Shown: positions 1 to 9,094, counted from the stretch's first letter. The stretch is DNA of 64,000 nucleotides from an uncultured Clostridia bacterium (GCA_947631925.1 CANRNE010000008.1:3683-67682), one strand, 5' to 3'. Made by a program: numbers and translations. The notes: generated by a model from the sequence alone, not told the origin.

Positions 1-1174
1 ACTTCTCACGGGTCAGGATCGACTGAAAGGCTTCGCCTGATTCCTCGACCAGCAGGATGGCACTCAGAAGCTGATCCATGGTTATTTGGCTCGTGCCGTC
101 CACGAATGCGTAGGCACCAGCCAGCTTCAGAGCCTTGAAGAAGCGGTGGCTCAGTTCAGCCTTGCGGATTTCCTCGTGCTCGGCCAGTTGGTCTGCTGCG
201 AACTCGCAGGCAGCCTTGTACTCGACCAGCTTGATACCTACGTCTTCAAGGACGACCATGCGCCACTCGTAGCGTTCCGGGTCTGCCAATTCGGTGAACC
301 GGGCAGCCCAGTCAGCGACAGTCTGGTTGTTGCTCACTTGGGTCTGACGACGATAGATCTCTGCTGGATCCATCGAGTAGAAGGCCTTGCGGTCCTGGTG
401 ACCGATACCGAACAGGCAACGACGAGCGTAGCCAGTTTCCAAGAACGAGTAGAACTCGTCTTCGGTCTTGTCACCGTCAAACAGCTTGGCCGGCGTACCG
501 AACAACAGCATGTTGGCCGGTGTCTTGCCGTCCAGATCTTCACCACGCACGTTGTCCTGCGTGTTCTTGGTCAGCTTGTTCTTGGTCTTGCCTTGGTCGT
601 ACAGTTCGAGGTACGTGGTCAGCACTTCGACGTTGCCGACCAGATTGGAGCCGATCTCGTCGATCTGCAAACTGACGGCACCGATCTTGCCCATCAGCAG
701 CTTGTTGCGCAGCTGCTTCACTGCCGGCGTGGTACCGGAGTCAAAGGTGAAGGGGTAGGCACCCAAACGGCGATACTCGCCCTTGACCTTCTCGAAGGCC
801 TCTTCTTCATTGTCCTGACCATCACGGATGGCCCGTTCGACAGCCAGCTTGCGCAGGTTGTCTTCGGCGATCAGGCCCATGGTCTCATCCATGAATCGGG
901 TACGGAACCCGGACAGGAACTCGTCTTCCATGATGCCCACGGAATGGCCCTTACCGAAACCGGATGTGGCCAGACCGAGGGCGTAGATGTTCACCGGGAT
1001 ATCACCACGATCCTTGGTGACAATCACGGCACGTTGGTTCGACGCCATCTTGCCGAGGAAGTAGGCGGCCTCGACCTGGAAGAATCCACGGTCGGTGTTC
1101 TGGGTCTTGTTGCACAGCACATCGACGATCTCGGTGATCGCCTTGTGGTGAGTGACGCCTGTCAAATCTATCAT
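1..1174 (-). CDS. Replication-module P-loop protein; 3' end runs off the window (partial, at least 391 codons)
   Basis: My translation from the ATG at 1174..1172 (MIDLTGVTHHKAITEIV...) stays open to position 1. It is absent from the ORF track because no stop lies in the window. The start makes an ATGA overlap with the HNH gene stop. It has a P-loop-like GLATSGFGKGHS motif. Track ORF 86..1219(+) is its antisense shadow. Function is inferred from position (N4 gp43/44 region). Confidence 0.75.
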   Translation of the reverse strand, partial: MIDLTGVTHHKAITEIVDVLCNKTQNTDRGFFQVEAAYFLGKMASNQRAVIVTKDRGDIPVNIYALGLATSGFGKGHSVGIMEDEFLSGFRTRFMDETMGLIAEDNLRKLAVERAIRDGQDNEEEAFEKVKGEYRRLGAYPFTFDSGTTPAVKQLRNKLLMGKIGAVSLQIDEIGSNLVGNVEVLTTYLELYDQGKTKNKLTKNTQDNVRGEDLDGKTPANMLLFGTPAKLFDGDKTEDEFYSFLETGYARRCLFGIGHQDRKAFYSMDPAEIYRRQTQVSNNQTVADWAARFTELADPERYEWRMVVLEDVGIKLVEYKAACEFAADQLAEHEEIRKAELSHRFFKALKLAGAYAFVDGTSQITMDQLLSAILLVEESGEAFQSILTREK

Positions 1175-1674
1175 TTCAGTAACCCAAGTTTCTGGTTGGT
1201 GAGAGCAAACTCGCCATAATGTTTTACGGCTGCTTGGTCATACGCATTGGCAGCTAACTCAGCAGATTCGAAGACACCTAAGTGCAATCTCTTTCTGTTG
1301 ATCATGATGGCGGATTTGTATTTGTATCCATGAGGTGTAACCCCCTTAAAGCCTGAGGAGTTACGAACACGTTTACGTGTGTTGGCCCCATTTTGACTTT
1401 GGGAAGCTGGACGTAGGTTCTTAATGGCGTTATTTGTTTTGTCCAAATCAATATGATCTAGACCACCTATCGGCCACTGCTGGTACACGTAAAACCAAGC
1501 TAGTCGATGTGCTGAGAACACTTTCCCATCAACATAGATTTCTAGGTATCCATGGGTGAGTGTTCCTACAACATCCCCGACTTTTGAAGCAGAACTCAAA
1601 GAGACTTTTCGAGTGAACTTACCTGTCTCAGGGTTGTAGTCCAAAAGCTCCAAAAGTCGGGCATGATCAATCAT
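1171..1674 (-). mobile_element. Free-standing HNH + AP2-domain homing endonuclease gene (167 aa)
   Basis: HNH_3-like HRLAWFY...GGLDHIDLDKTNNAIKNLRPASQSQN, followed by AP2-like SGFKGV...YKSAIMINRKRLHLGVFESAELAANAYDQAAVKHYGEFA. The segment is visibly AT-richer than its flanks. It overlaps both neighbouring genes (8 nt upstream, ATGA downstream). Confidence 0.85.
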
Positions 1675-2647
1675 GGTTCAAGGAATCCTTCTGGGTGCAG
1701 ATCGGGAAGCCGTCGCAGTAGGAGCAACGTTTCGCCGTTCGCGGGGCGGGTACGACCACACCCTTGCCGGCAGCCGTCTGGTGAGCCATGGCTTCAGCAA
1801 GGGAAGTGAAGTTCTTGGTGGAGCGGCCACCGGCAGCGGCAGTCGCAGGATTGGAGTAATAGCGGAAGGACGGATCGGTCATCCACAGATCAGCTTCGCT
1901 GCATTCCGGGATGTCAGCTTCATCAGCATCCCAATACTGAGAGATCAGACGAAGCTTGTTGAGTACCCACACTTCGACCTCTTCCCGCGACATCAGCGGG
2001 TAGGTGGAAGTGGCCATACGGCACTTGGGGTAGTCCGGACGGGAGGCAGCATCCGACTTCTTCCAGTCAGTGAACAGGAAGTTGATCTGGATGGTGTCGG
2101 CAAAGATCTTGTCAGGATTGAGCCAGCGATACAGGGAACCCTGCATGATGTAGTCGTCGTCCTTACCACCAAGCAAATAGGTGTAGACGGACGTGCTCTT
2201 GGTGTCCTGCACCTGACCGAAGACGGTCAGATCGAACTTGCCACCGATACGGTATCCGGCGATATCACGGAAGGCACGCTGCTCGATGTAGATCGCCGAC
2301 TGGCCCGGAGCCAAAGAAGCTGGATCGGGGTTGATACGGACCAGCGAGATTTCCTCATCGGAGTAGCCCATACGCTTCAGGGCGTTGACGTGGTTCCCGT
2401 TGGACCATGCCTTTTCGACGCCGGCATGGATGGCGGAACCCAGCGATGATGCAATCGACTCGCTGAGGTCCTTCTTCTTCATGGTTCCCTTGGCTCGGGC
2501 AGCCAAGATGATCTGACGGACCGGCTTCATCAACGTGGTGACCGAGATGTACTTCGGATCATGGATGTAGTCGTAGTCGTCGTGCATCAGCCAAACGGCC
2601 ATTGCCAATGGGATGTTGTGCTCGTTCGTGTATTCGATGGAAGACAT
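1667..2647 (-). CDS. PD-(D/E)XK nuclease (Cas4/RecB-like exonuclease), 326 aa
   Basis: Motifs GSAIHAGVE, GGKFDLTVFGQVQDTKST and QGSLYRWL, plus C-terminal cysteines CSYCDGFPIC. I moved the start to the ATG at 2647 (MSSIEYTNEH) because the track's longer N-terminus reads through the upstream hairpin. Confidence 0.75.
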   Translation of the reverse strand: MSSIEYTNEHNIPLAMAVWLMHDDYDYIHDPKYISVTTLMKPVRQIILAARAKGTMKKKDLSESIASSLGSAIHAGVEKAWSNGNHVNALKRMGYSDEEISLVRINPDPASLAPGQSAIYIEQRAFRDIAGYRIGGKFDLTVFGQVQDTKSTSVYTYLLGGKDDDYIMQGSLYRWLNPDKIFADTIQINFLFTDWKKSDAASRPDYPKCRMATSTYPLMSREEVEVWVLNKLRLISQYWDADEADIPECSEADLWMTDPSFRYYSNPATAAAGGRSTKNFTSLAEAMAHQTAAGKGVVVPAPRTAKRCSYCDGFPICTQKDSLNHD

Positions 2648-2665
2648 TGAAGCCTCGCAGTTGAA

Positions 2666-2689
2666 GAAGCCCGGGGTATCCCGGGCTTC
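2666..2689 (-). terminator. Perfect 10-bp GC-rich hairpin (GAAGCCCGGG-gtat-CCCGGGCTTC) without a clear U-tract
   Basis: Read directly from the sequence. It lies between the stop at 2700 and the start at 2647. The downstream T-run on the minus strand is weak, so it may be an attenuator or processing/stability element rather than a strong terminator. Confidence 0.35.
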
Positions 2690-2699
2690 AATTTTGGCC

Positions 2700-3002
2700 T
2701 TACTTCGTCTCACTGAGTGGGACGGTGTTGACCCGCGTTCGGGCAGCACACTCACCAGCCAAAGCGGAATAGCCCGTCTGATCGGAGTAGTCGTCGGCCC
2801 GGAACTTGCCACCCTTGGAGCGGGCCATTTTCAGCAGAACCATGAACTGCCAGCCCTGCTCTTCGGTGATGTTGTGACCGAACATGGCATTGAAGGCTTT
2901 GACGGTTGCAGCCATGCTGCGCTCCCCGTCAGTGGCATCACGTTCCTCGCCACGCTCCTGAATGATCTGGAGCTGCTGGGCGAGAAAGTGATCAGCCCTC
3001 AT
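2700..3002 (-). CDS. Hypothetical protein, 100 aa
   Basis: Track ORF. GC-rich third codon positions. Its start overlaps the upstream gene's end by 11 nt. Confidence 0.7.
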   Translation of the reverse strand: MRADHFLAQQLQIIQERGEERDATDGERSMAATVKAFNAMFGHNITEEQGWQFMVLLKMARSKGGKFRADDYSDQTGYSALAGECAARTRVNTVPLSETK

Positions 3003-3360
3003 CGTTGCTCACCACGGTCAAGTTCGGCTTGCCTTCGCTCGTGCGGGCTTCAGCGGCACGAGCTGCCTTGACGGTATCCGGCAGGCCGTCTTCCCATTCC
3101 TTCTCGGTGAACAGGCCCAGCGGGGTGATGCCCAGGATGATCACGTCGATGACGGTCATGTCCCGGGGATCCAGGCCACGACGCTTGATCTGCTCGATGT
3201 AGGTAAGGCCAGCCTTCTGCTGGATGCGGCCCAGATCGGAGGCGTTGATGCGCTGCACGGTGGTTGTGGTCAGGACGTTCACTTTGGCCGTGAAGACCTG
3301 TTCGCCGACCTGTACTTCAACTTCGCAGGTGGCCATGTAGTAGTTCAGCTTGGTGCTCAC
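2992..3360 (-). CDS. Hypothetical protein, 122 aa (GTG start)
   Basis: Track ORF. The start codon is GTG at 3360..3358, preceded by AGGAG 6 nt upstream. Confidence 0.7.
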   Translation of the reverse strand: MSTKLNYYMATCEVEVQVGEQVFTAKVNVLTTTTVQRINASDLGRIQQKAGLTYIEQIKRRGLDPRDMTVIDVIILGITPLGLFTEKEWEDGLPDTVKAARAAEARTSEGKPNLTVVSNDEG

Positions 3361-3379
3361 AATTGCTCCTAAATAACTA

Positions 3380-3439
3380 GGGGGAGCCGAAGCTCCCCCT
3401 GGGGTGGTGAGAGGAGGGTGACGGTACCGGAAGGTACCG
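3380..3439 (-). terminator. Tandem GC hairpins closing the fibre/lipoprotein cassette
   Basis: CGGTACC-ggaa-GGTACCG (3422..3439) and GGGGGAGC-cgaa-GCTCCCCC (3380..3399) lie between the stop at 3468 and the start at 3360. On the minus strand the second hairpin is followed by UAGUUAUUUAGG. Confidence 0.5.
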
Positions 3440-3467
3440 CTCCTGTCTCTCAGAAACTTCTAGGGTC

Positions 3468-3818
3468 TTATGACCCCGGGTACTTGGGGTGGTAGCTCCC
3501 CAAGATGATGTGTAGAACTTCGTGACCGAACACAAGAGTTGCATCATCGTCCACATTCTTAATGGGGAGTGTGTAGACGTACTGCGCACCAGTGGCTTTA
3601 TTTTGCGCAGCGAAGCCAGTCAGTTTGCCTCCCTCGGGAATTGTCCCACCAAAGGCAAGATACTTTGCCTGTAGGTCCTTCTCATTTAGGATCACCCATG
3701 TGAAGGCAGGCACGTCACGGTATTCTCCGGCTTTGGGGAATACCGGATCTGGCTGCTTTTGGCAGCCTGCGAGGAGGATCCCGAGCGTCATGGGTAGGGC
3801 AATCTTGAGAAGGTTCAT
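3468..3818 (-). CDS. Small lipoprotein with a C-terminal HExxH motif, 116 aa
   Basis: Signal peptide plus lipobox MNLLKIALPMTLGILLAGC. The C-terminus reads FGHEVLHIILGSYH. The start makes an ATGA overlap with the fibre gene stop. GC is somewhat lower than in the neighbours. Confidence 0.8.
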   Translation of the reverse strand: MNLLKIALPMTLGILLAGCQKQPDPVFPKAGEYRDVPAFTWVILNEKDLQAKYLAFGGTIPEGGKLTGFAAQNKATGAQYVYTLPIKNVDDDATLVFGHEVLHIILGSYHPKYPGS

Positions 3819-5641
3819 GTCAGGGGAATATCGTAAGGAGGTGGTTGATTACCACCTGGGCCACCGGGTCCTCCAGTAATCGGAGGTGCTGAGCCACCAC
3901 CGCCCGACAAACCTGAGGAAGACCCAGGGTTGTTGCCGGACTCGTTGTAGTTGGCAATGTCCACTGTGAGCCGCAAGGCTTCGGTTCGGTTCTGGGATGT
4001 GCGGACTCGAAAAGAGACCGTGCTCCACGAGTCTAGTGTGGTGTAGCGAATGAGTATGGGAAAGCTGCCTCGGTAGTTGCAATTGAAGGTCACAGACTCG
4101 ATTGGCAGCCATGGACCTCCGTCGTACTGCACCTCTAGGGTTGCCGTCTCATTGCCAGTATCCCCGGAGATCTGAGTATCCAACCAGACATCCATCTTGT
4201 TTCGTGCGAACCGTTTCCAGTTATATCCCGAGCCGTTGCCCGGGGAAACGAAACCATCAACTGTCAGGGTTCGGCTGGCATTGGTTCCGTTCTGGACAAT
4301 GTACCGCCCATCTCGGATTGTGAAGGGCGCGTATCGGCCTCCCCCTGTCGCAAGGCGAAGTGACTCAAGAGCCATGGCAGAGGACTCAATGATCGAAGCC
4401 TTCATTCGGCCTCGGATTTCGAGGTTACCTGCATCGTCCAGAGAAAGAGAACTGTTGGCCTTTGTGGCTCCAGCGGGGCCGACGTTGGGGCCTGCGGCAA
4501 TCAAAAGATTGTCGCTACCAATGCCACCACCAATTACCACCTGAGCCGTGCCCATGTATGCCCGAAGCGCGCCAGAGATCCACTCAAGTCCTCGATTGGC
4601 GGAGCCGATGACCCGGAACACGTCTGCAAGAACTGAGAAGGACGAGCGCGTACCGTCGTTTTCTGATCGTGTACCGGAAACGTAGCCATCCACGTTCAGG
4701 GTTACTGTGTGGGCAGCGTTGTACTTTCCAGAGAGGGAATCGTAACTTGCCTGCAAGGTGGAGGTTGCAGAAGTCAGGTTTGCCTGAACCTGATCAATGC
4801 TCTGGGACAGGATGGTTACCTGCCCATTGGTGTTGGAGATGTTGGTCTGCAACGTGGACATTGCAGTTGCAATGTCACCCCCAGAGTTCAACCGGGAATT
4901 GACCAGATTGATCTGTTGGGCATTCGCCTGATCGGCAGTAGCTCGGGCACTGGCTTCTTGGCTCACGAGAGCACGCAAGTCAGTGTCGAACTGGGCAAAC
5001 AGCAGATTCGTTTGTGAGGCGTAGGACTCGTCCTCATTACTCCGTGTCACGGACTCAGCAATGATGGCTGACTCCAGCTCACCATGCAGGGCAATCATGG
5101 CGTCAGCTCGGGCCAAGGCCTCGGCTGCGATTGCATTGGCGGTGTTGGTGTTGGCTTCGTGGATCGCCACCTCTGCTGCGTACAGTCGAGCATCTGCGGC
5201 CATCTGGGCTTGCAAAAGCTTGAGATCCTGCTCAGACAGCCGCTCCCCCAGCTCCGCATCCAATGGGCCACGGATCAGTTCAATCAGGGAACCAAGGTCT
5301 ACCCCATAGCCCAGAGAAGCAAGGAAGTCGTAGACAGACCCTACATTGCCGGCCTCCAGCCAGATCTGATAGGCAGACTTGCCATTGCCTTGCAGTCCAC
5401 GAGGTCCGCGAGGACCGGTTTGACCCATGGGACCTTGTGGCCCACGAGCTTCCTCTCCTTGGTTCGGGTACTGGATCGGAGCCAGTGGTCCAAGGTCGAG
5501 CTTCAGTGGACCACCGATGGGATTGTCGATGTAACCAGAACCCTCCCCCTGTGTGTTCAGGGGGAGGGCTACAGGCAGCACCGAATACCCGGGCAGATCC
5601 AGCTGGAGAACTGGATGCTGGGATACGGTGATCTCGCTCAT
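3815..5641 (-). CDS. Fibre / host-specificity-like protein with a collagen-like repeat, 608 aa
   Basis: Seven G-X-Y triplets (GPQGPMGQTGPRGPRGLQGNG) followed by KSAYQIWLEAGNVGSVYDFLASL. A long Ala/Gln-rich coiled region follows. The segment HTVTLNVDGYVSGTRSENDGTRSSFSVLADVFRVI resembles the lambda-J/DUF1983-type motif as I recall it. The C-terminus is Gly/Pro-rich. Confidence 0.85.
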   Translation of the reverse strand: MSEITVSQHPVLQLDLPGYSVLPVALPLNTQGEGSGYIDNPIGGPLKLDLGPLAPIQYPNQGEEARGPQGPMGQTGPRGPRGLQGNGKSAYQIWLEAGNVGSVYDFLASLGYGVDLGSLIELIRGPLDAELGERLSEQDLKLLQAQMAADARLYAAEVAIHEANTNTANAIAAEALARADAMIALHGELESAIIAESVTRSNEDESYASQTNLLFAQFDTDLRALVSQEASARATADQANAQQINLVNSRLNSGGDIATAMSTLQTNISNTNGQVTILSQSIDQVQANLTSATSTLQASYDSLSGKYNAAHTVTLNVDGYVSGTRSENDGTRSSFSVLADVFRVIGSANRGLEWISGALRAYMGTAQVVIGGGIGSDNLLIAAGPNVGPAGATKANSSLSLDDAGNLEIRGRMKASIIESSAMALESLRLATGGGRYAPFTIRDGRYIVQNGTNASRTLTVDGFVSPGNGSGYNWKRFARNKMDVWLDTQISGDTGNETATLEVQYDGGPWLPIESVTFNCNYRGSFPILIRYTTLDSWSTVSFRVRTSQNRTEALRLTVDIANYNESGNNPGSSSGLSGGGGSAPPITGGPGGPGGNQPPPYDIPLT

Positions 5642-5973
5642 CGGGTGATGCCTCGCTGGATATCAAACAGCAGGGTGGAGGTCAGCACCTTCTGGCCGGT
5701 GGGACTGGTCAGAAGGATGTCGAACTCGGCCATACCCAGCGGCCATGCTTCGGTGTCGTGCTGGGTGACGGTGACTCGGGCTTCTGTCTCGGTGTTGTCC
5801 CAGACAGCCGGGATGACCGAGATCAAGCCTTTTTCCTTGTCGTGGTGATACCGACGCAGTTCTGCCCGAAGGGTCCAGCCAACGAACTGTTCCGGAGTCA
5901 CTGACTCCGGAAACGAGAACGTGAACTGGAAGCTGGCACCGCGCTTGAAGGCAGCAGCTTTACACTGGTTCAT
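5638..5973 (-). CDS. Small beta-rich protein, 111 aa
   Basis: Track ORF. It has ATGA overlaps at both ends (DNA polymerase stop and fibre start). The KRGASFQFTFSF...DILLTSPTGQKV pattern resembles small Ig-like proteins found next to phage host-specificity genes (recall only). Confidence 0.75.
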   Translation of the reverse strand: MNQCKAAAFKRGASFQFTFSFPESVTPEQFVGWTLRAELRRYHHDKEKGLISVIPAVWDNTETEARVTVTQHDTEAWPLGMAEFDILLTSPTGQKVLTSTLLFDIQRGITR

Positions 5974-8576
5974 GAGGTGTGTTTCTCGATATGTGAGTGG
6001 ATAAGATTCACCACTTCACTCTCGGACGCCCCATTGGGGATGGTCAATTCCTCGGCCCAGGAGGGCCAGAAGATGGAGAGTTCTCCCCCCAGTTTCACTT
6101 CATCGTGAGCAATGGCGGGGTGGTCTTGCCATTCTACTGCCTTGACCAGATGCTCGTTGCAGAACAGGACCGTGGCCAAGTTGTCACGAATCAGCATGTA
6201 CCCAGCGTCATGGATCTGAGCGCACAGGCGGATATGCAGCCGCATGTGTGATGACCGGACGACATCCATGAACTCGTTGTAGGCTCGGCTGTTGAGCAAG
6301 CACCAGCTCTGCCCAAGGGCATTCCCAGCAGACCGCCCCTCAGCCGCAGCTTCACGCGGAGTGACTCGATTCCCCAACTTGGTCTGTCGGATCAGTGGGG
6401 TTCGGATACGGAGACCGAAGGCAGCAGTGATGTAGCCTGTTGTCTCGGCTTCCTTCAGCTGGGTCTGTACCCATGCGTCGCTGACGGCATACAACTCGTG
6501 ATACCGCTTCTCGATGTCCTTGGCTTCTTCTTCCGTGAAGCCGCAGTTCTTCATCAAGGTACTGTAGGTACCCTGATAGGTCAGTGCGAAGGTCGGTGCC
6601 TTGGACTTGCTCCGGAGCTTCCCATACTTGTGTTGGATCGAGTTGATGCTCTCCACCGTATTCTCGATGTCAGGCATCAGATGAGGCCAGTACGAGTAGG
6701 CCCGCAGGCTGTGCCCGTCGTAACCATCGGTGTAGACCTTCAGCTTGTTCGGGTCTTTGGTGGTCAGTGCTGAGATGCGATCCTCTAGTGAGGCAAAGTC
6801 CAGACCCACCATGAGCCAACCTGGAGGGGCTTGGAAGCAGGACTTGATCAGCTTGCCGTAGTCCGAACCTGCTGGCAGGTTCTGCAGGTTCGGGTCTGAG
6901 CTGGACAGTCGGCCTGAAAGCGTCCCGCCCAGATTGAAGTTGCCACACAGGTAGTGCCACCCGTCCTTACCCGGTACAGCGTTCTTCATCGCTGGGATGA
7001 AGGACGAAGTGATCTTGCTGACGCCCGCGAAATCCCGAAGGGCTTGCAGGAGGTCGATCACTCGTTGGTCTGTGGTGTGGTTCGCCAGCTTGCCCAGCGT
7101 GTCACCATCAACGGATGGTTGCTTGCTGTCGGTGTAGCTGATGATCGGCAGACCCAGCTGCTCGAACAGCAGCTTCTGCATTTGCAAGGGCGAGTTGGGG
7201 TTGAGCATCAGTTCGGGGGCATCATCCATGCTGACCCGCTTCACCTTCAACTTGGCATTCCTGTCCTCGACCCACTTCTCTTTCAGGACATAGCTGAACT
7301 CCTGGACGTGGTAGTTGTCATGGATCTGTTTGAGGTAGCCAGCTTCCAGAAGCGAAAGTTCCTTCTCGACTTCGAGGACACGCTTCATGTTGATCGGCAG
7401 TCCTGTTAGCTGCATCTCGATGATGTCCCGGGTACTCTTCTTGAACAGCCCTTGGTACAGCCCCTCCTGCTCGTCTTGGATCAGGGTGTTGCGGTGCTTC
7501 TTGTAAACGAACCAAGTGCCCAGGGCGTCCTTCAGGTTGTAGGTCAACAGCTGAGCCATAGGAATCTTGGTGATGTCGGAGATGTCCGCTTCTGCCCAGT
7601 TCCCAAGGAACTCCTGCGCCTGACCTTTCAGAGAGAGGTCATTGCCGGCACAGGTGTTGGTAGCGAGATAGGTGATGAGCTTGGTGCAGTCCCAATCACG
7701 CAGCAGGACATCCTGCCCATAGAGCAGTCCTTCCACGTCCGTGATGTCATCCATGAAGAGTTGGTAGATCAGAACGTAGGCATCGAAGGCGATGTTGTGA
7801 TAGATGATCTTGTTCCGGAACCGGATCAGAAAGTCAGCCAGCACTGCACGCACTTCGTTGTTAATCACCATCCGAGTGAAGGGTGCCTTCGTGGCTCCAG
7901 GGATCTCTTCCAGATCCACCGGGAAGGCGAGTCCTTCGTGTTCGTTCCACGCGAGGGACACGGTACCAATACCAGCCTTGTGAGCCTTCAGACTGACTGA
8001 CTCGATATCGAGGGTCAGCGGGACGTTGAGCTGATAGAGCCACTCCAGCTGGTATTTGATCTCCCCGATGGTCTTGGGATAGATCGCCATCTTGATCACG
8101 TCATCACCCGGAGGTGAATACTCTCCGGAGAGGTCAGCTTTGACAGCATCCATGGCTCGGCGAATCTTTTCACGCACCGCATCAGGGTTGTGGAAGATCT
8201 GGGAGACTGCCGGCAAGTAGACCACCTTGACGGCAGGGTCCCAGTAGGCTGAACGAACGTAGCCGATATCAGCGTCGGCCTTGACCTGATTTGACAGCAG
8301 CTTGTAATAGTCTGCGTTCGTGACCAGTAGGTACTCCATGGAGAAGTCTTTGATGATCTCGACCAGCTCCGTATCCACAAACTCCCGCATCTCCTTGACC
8401 GGAGTTTTCTTGGCTCCCGCTTTGAAGTGGGGGATGAGAACCATGGCCTCCTTCGGGTCGATGGATGCCGGGTCCCAGATCTCCTTCTGTAGTTGCTTGT
8501 GGTTGATGGCGTTGGTGATCAGGCAGTAACGGTAACTGTCCTGCATGTCTCCGACATACGAGTGTTGCATGGTCAA
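5970..8576 (-). CDS. Family A DNA polymerase with 3'-5' exonuclease domain, 868 aa
   Basis: Exo motifs LTLDIESVS, HNIAFDAYVL and YNLKDALGT. Pol motif A VGLDFASLEDRI, motif B RSKSKAPTFALTYQG, motif C AQIHDAGYML. Confidence 0.95.
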   Translation of the reverse strand: MTMQHSYVGDMQDSYRYCLITNAINHKQLQKEIWDPASIDPKEAMVLIPHFKAGAKKTPVKEMREFVDTELVEIIKDFSMEYLLVTNADYYKLLSNQVKADADIGYVRSAYWDPAVKVVYLPAVSQIFHNPDAVREKIRRAMDAVKADLSGEYSPPGDDVIKMAIYPKTIGEIKYQLEWLYQLNVPLTLDIESVSLKAHKAGIGTVSLAWNEHEGLAFPVDLEEIPGATKAPFTRMVINNEVRAVLADFLIRFRNKIIYHNIAFDAYVLIYQLFMDDITDVEGLLYGQDVLLRDWDCTKLITYLATNTCAGNDLSLKGQAQEFLGNWAEADISDITKIPMAQLLTYNLKDALGTWFVYKKHRNTLIQDEQEGLYQGLFKKSTRDIIEMQLTGLPINMKRVLEVEKELSLLEAGYLKQIHDNYHVQEFSYVLKEKWVEDRNAKLKVKRVSMDDAPELMLNPNSPLQMQKLLFEQLGLPIISYTDSKQPSVDGDTLGKLANHTTDQRVIDLLQALRDFAGVSKITSSFIPAMKNAVPGKDGWHYLCGNFNLGGTLSGRLSSSDPNLQNLPAGSDYGKLIKSCFQAPPGWLMVGLDFASLEDRISALTTKDPNKLKVYTDGYDGHSLRAYSYWPHLMPDIENTVESINSIQHKYGKLRSKSKAPTFALTYQGTYSTLMKNCGFTEEEAKDIEKRYHELYAVSDAWVQTQLKEAETTGYITAAFGLRIRTPLIRQTKLGNRVTPREAAAEGRSAGNALGQSWCLLNSRAYNEFMDVVRSSHMRLHIRLCAQIHDAGYMLIRDNLATVLFCNEHLVKAVEWQDHPAIAHDEVKLGGELSIFWPSWAEELTIPNGASESEVVNLIHSHIEKHTS

Positions 8577-9094
8577 TCCTTCAGCAGCTTATGGACCATC
8601 AGATCATCAGAGAACTTGCGGATCAATGCGAAGTTTGCTCCTGACGTTCCCATCTTCTCGATCTCCTCTTCCGGGATTGATCGTGAGGGCAAGCTGATTG
8701 GCAAGTTGAGGAACGAGATCAGATGATCTGGCAGCACGTCACGGATGTGTTGAAGGTCATCCCCTTCACGGATCAAGTCAGTGAGAGCCTGACGGATCAA
8801 CACGGAATTGTTACTGATCTCGTTACTGCGAGCGTGCATGGCCATGGCTCGACTGTTCAACGAAGGGTGGATGGCCTGTCGCTTGACCAGCCGCATGTCC
8901 CGACGTTGCACCCCTGAGTGGATGTGCATCTGGGAGCCAACGAGAAAGCCATAACGTGTGGAGTCCTGGCCATTCTTCTCGAAGTTGGCCACACACAGTC
9001 GGTCACGTTCCTTCTCAACAGCAAGCTGCTGCTGAAGGATCAGTTGGTTGAGGATCTCCGCCCGCAGCAGCGTGGCGTTGTCCGCAGAAATCAT
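8573..9094 (-). CDS. Hypothetical protein, 173 aa
   Basis: Track ORF with ATGA-type overlaps to the helicase and polymerase genes. Confidence 0.75.
   Translation of the reverse strand: MISADNATLLRAEILNQLILQQQLAVEKERDRLCVANFEKNGQDSTRYGFLVGSQMHIHSGVQRRDMRLVKRQAIHPSLNSRAMAMHARSNEISNNSVLIRQALTDLIREGDDLQHIRDVLPDHLISFLNLPISLPSRSIPEEEIEKMGTSGANFALIRKFSDDLMVHKLLKD

Noticed and set aside
86-1219. 377-aa plus-strand ORF, the longest listed ORF at the left edge
   Set aside because: It is Leu/Val/Gly/Gln-rich with no motifs. The opposite strand encodes a clean, motif-bearing protein that is open through the window edge and ATGA-coupled to the upstream gene. This is a typical antisense shadow ORF of GC-rich DNA.
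5378-5446. Short tandem periodicity in DNA that could suggest a repeat array or CRISPR-like structure
   Set aside because: The 9-nt periodicity comes from the collagen-like G-X-Y codons inside the fibre gene. There are no spacer/repeat units anywhere in the window.
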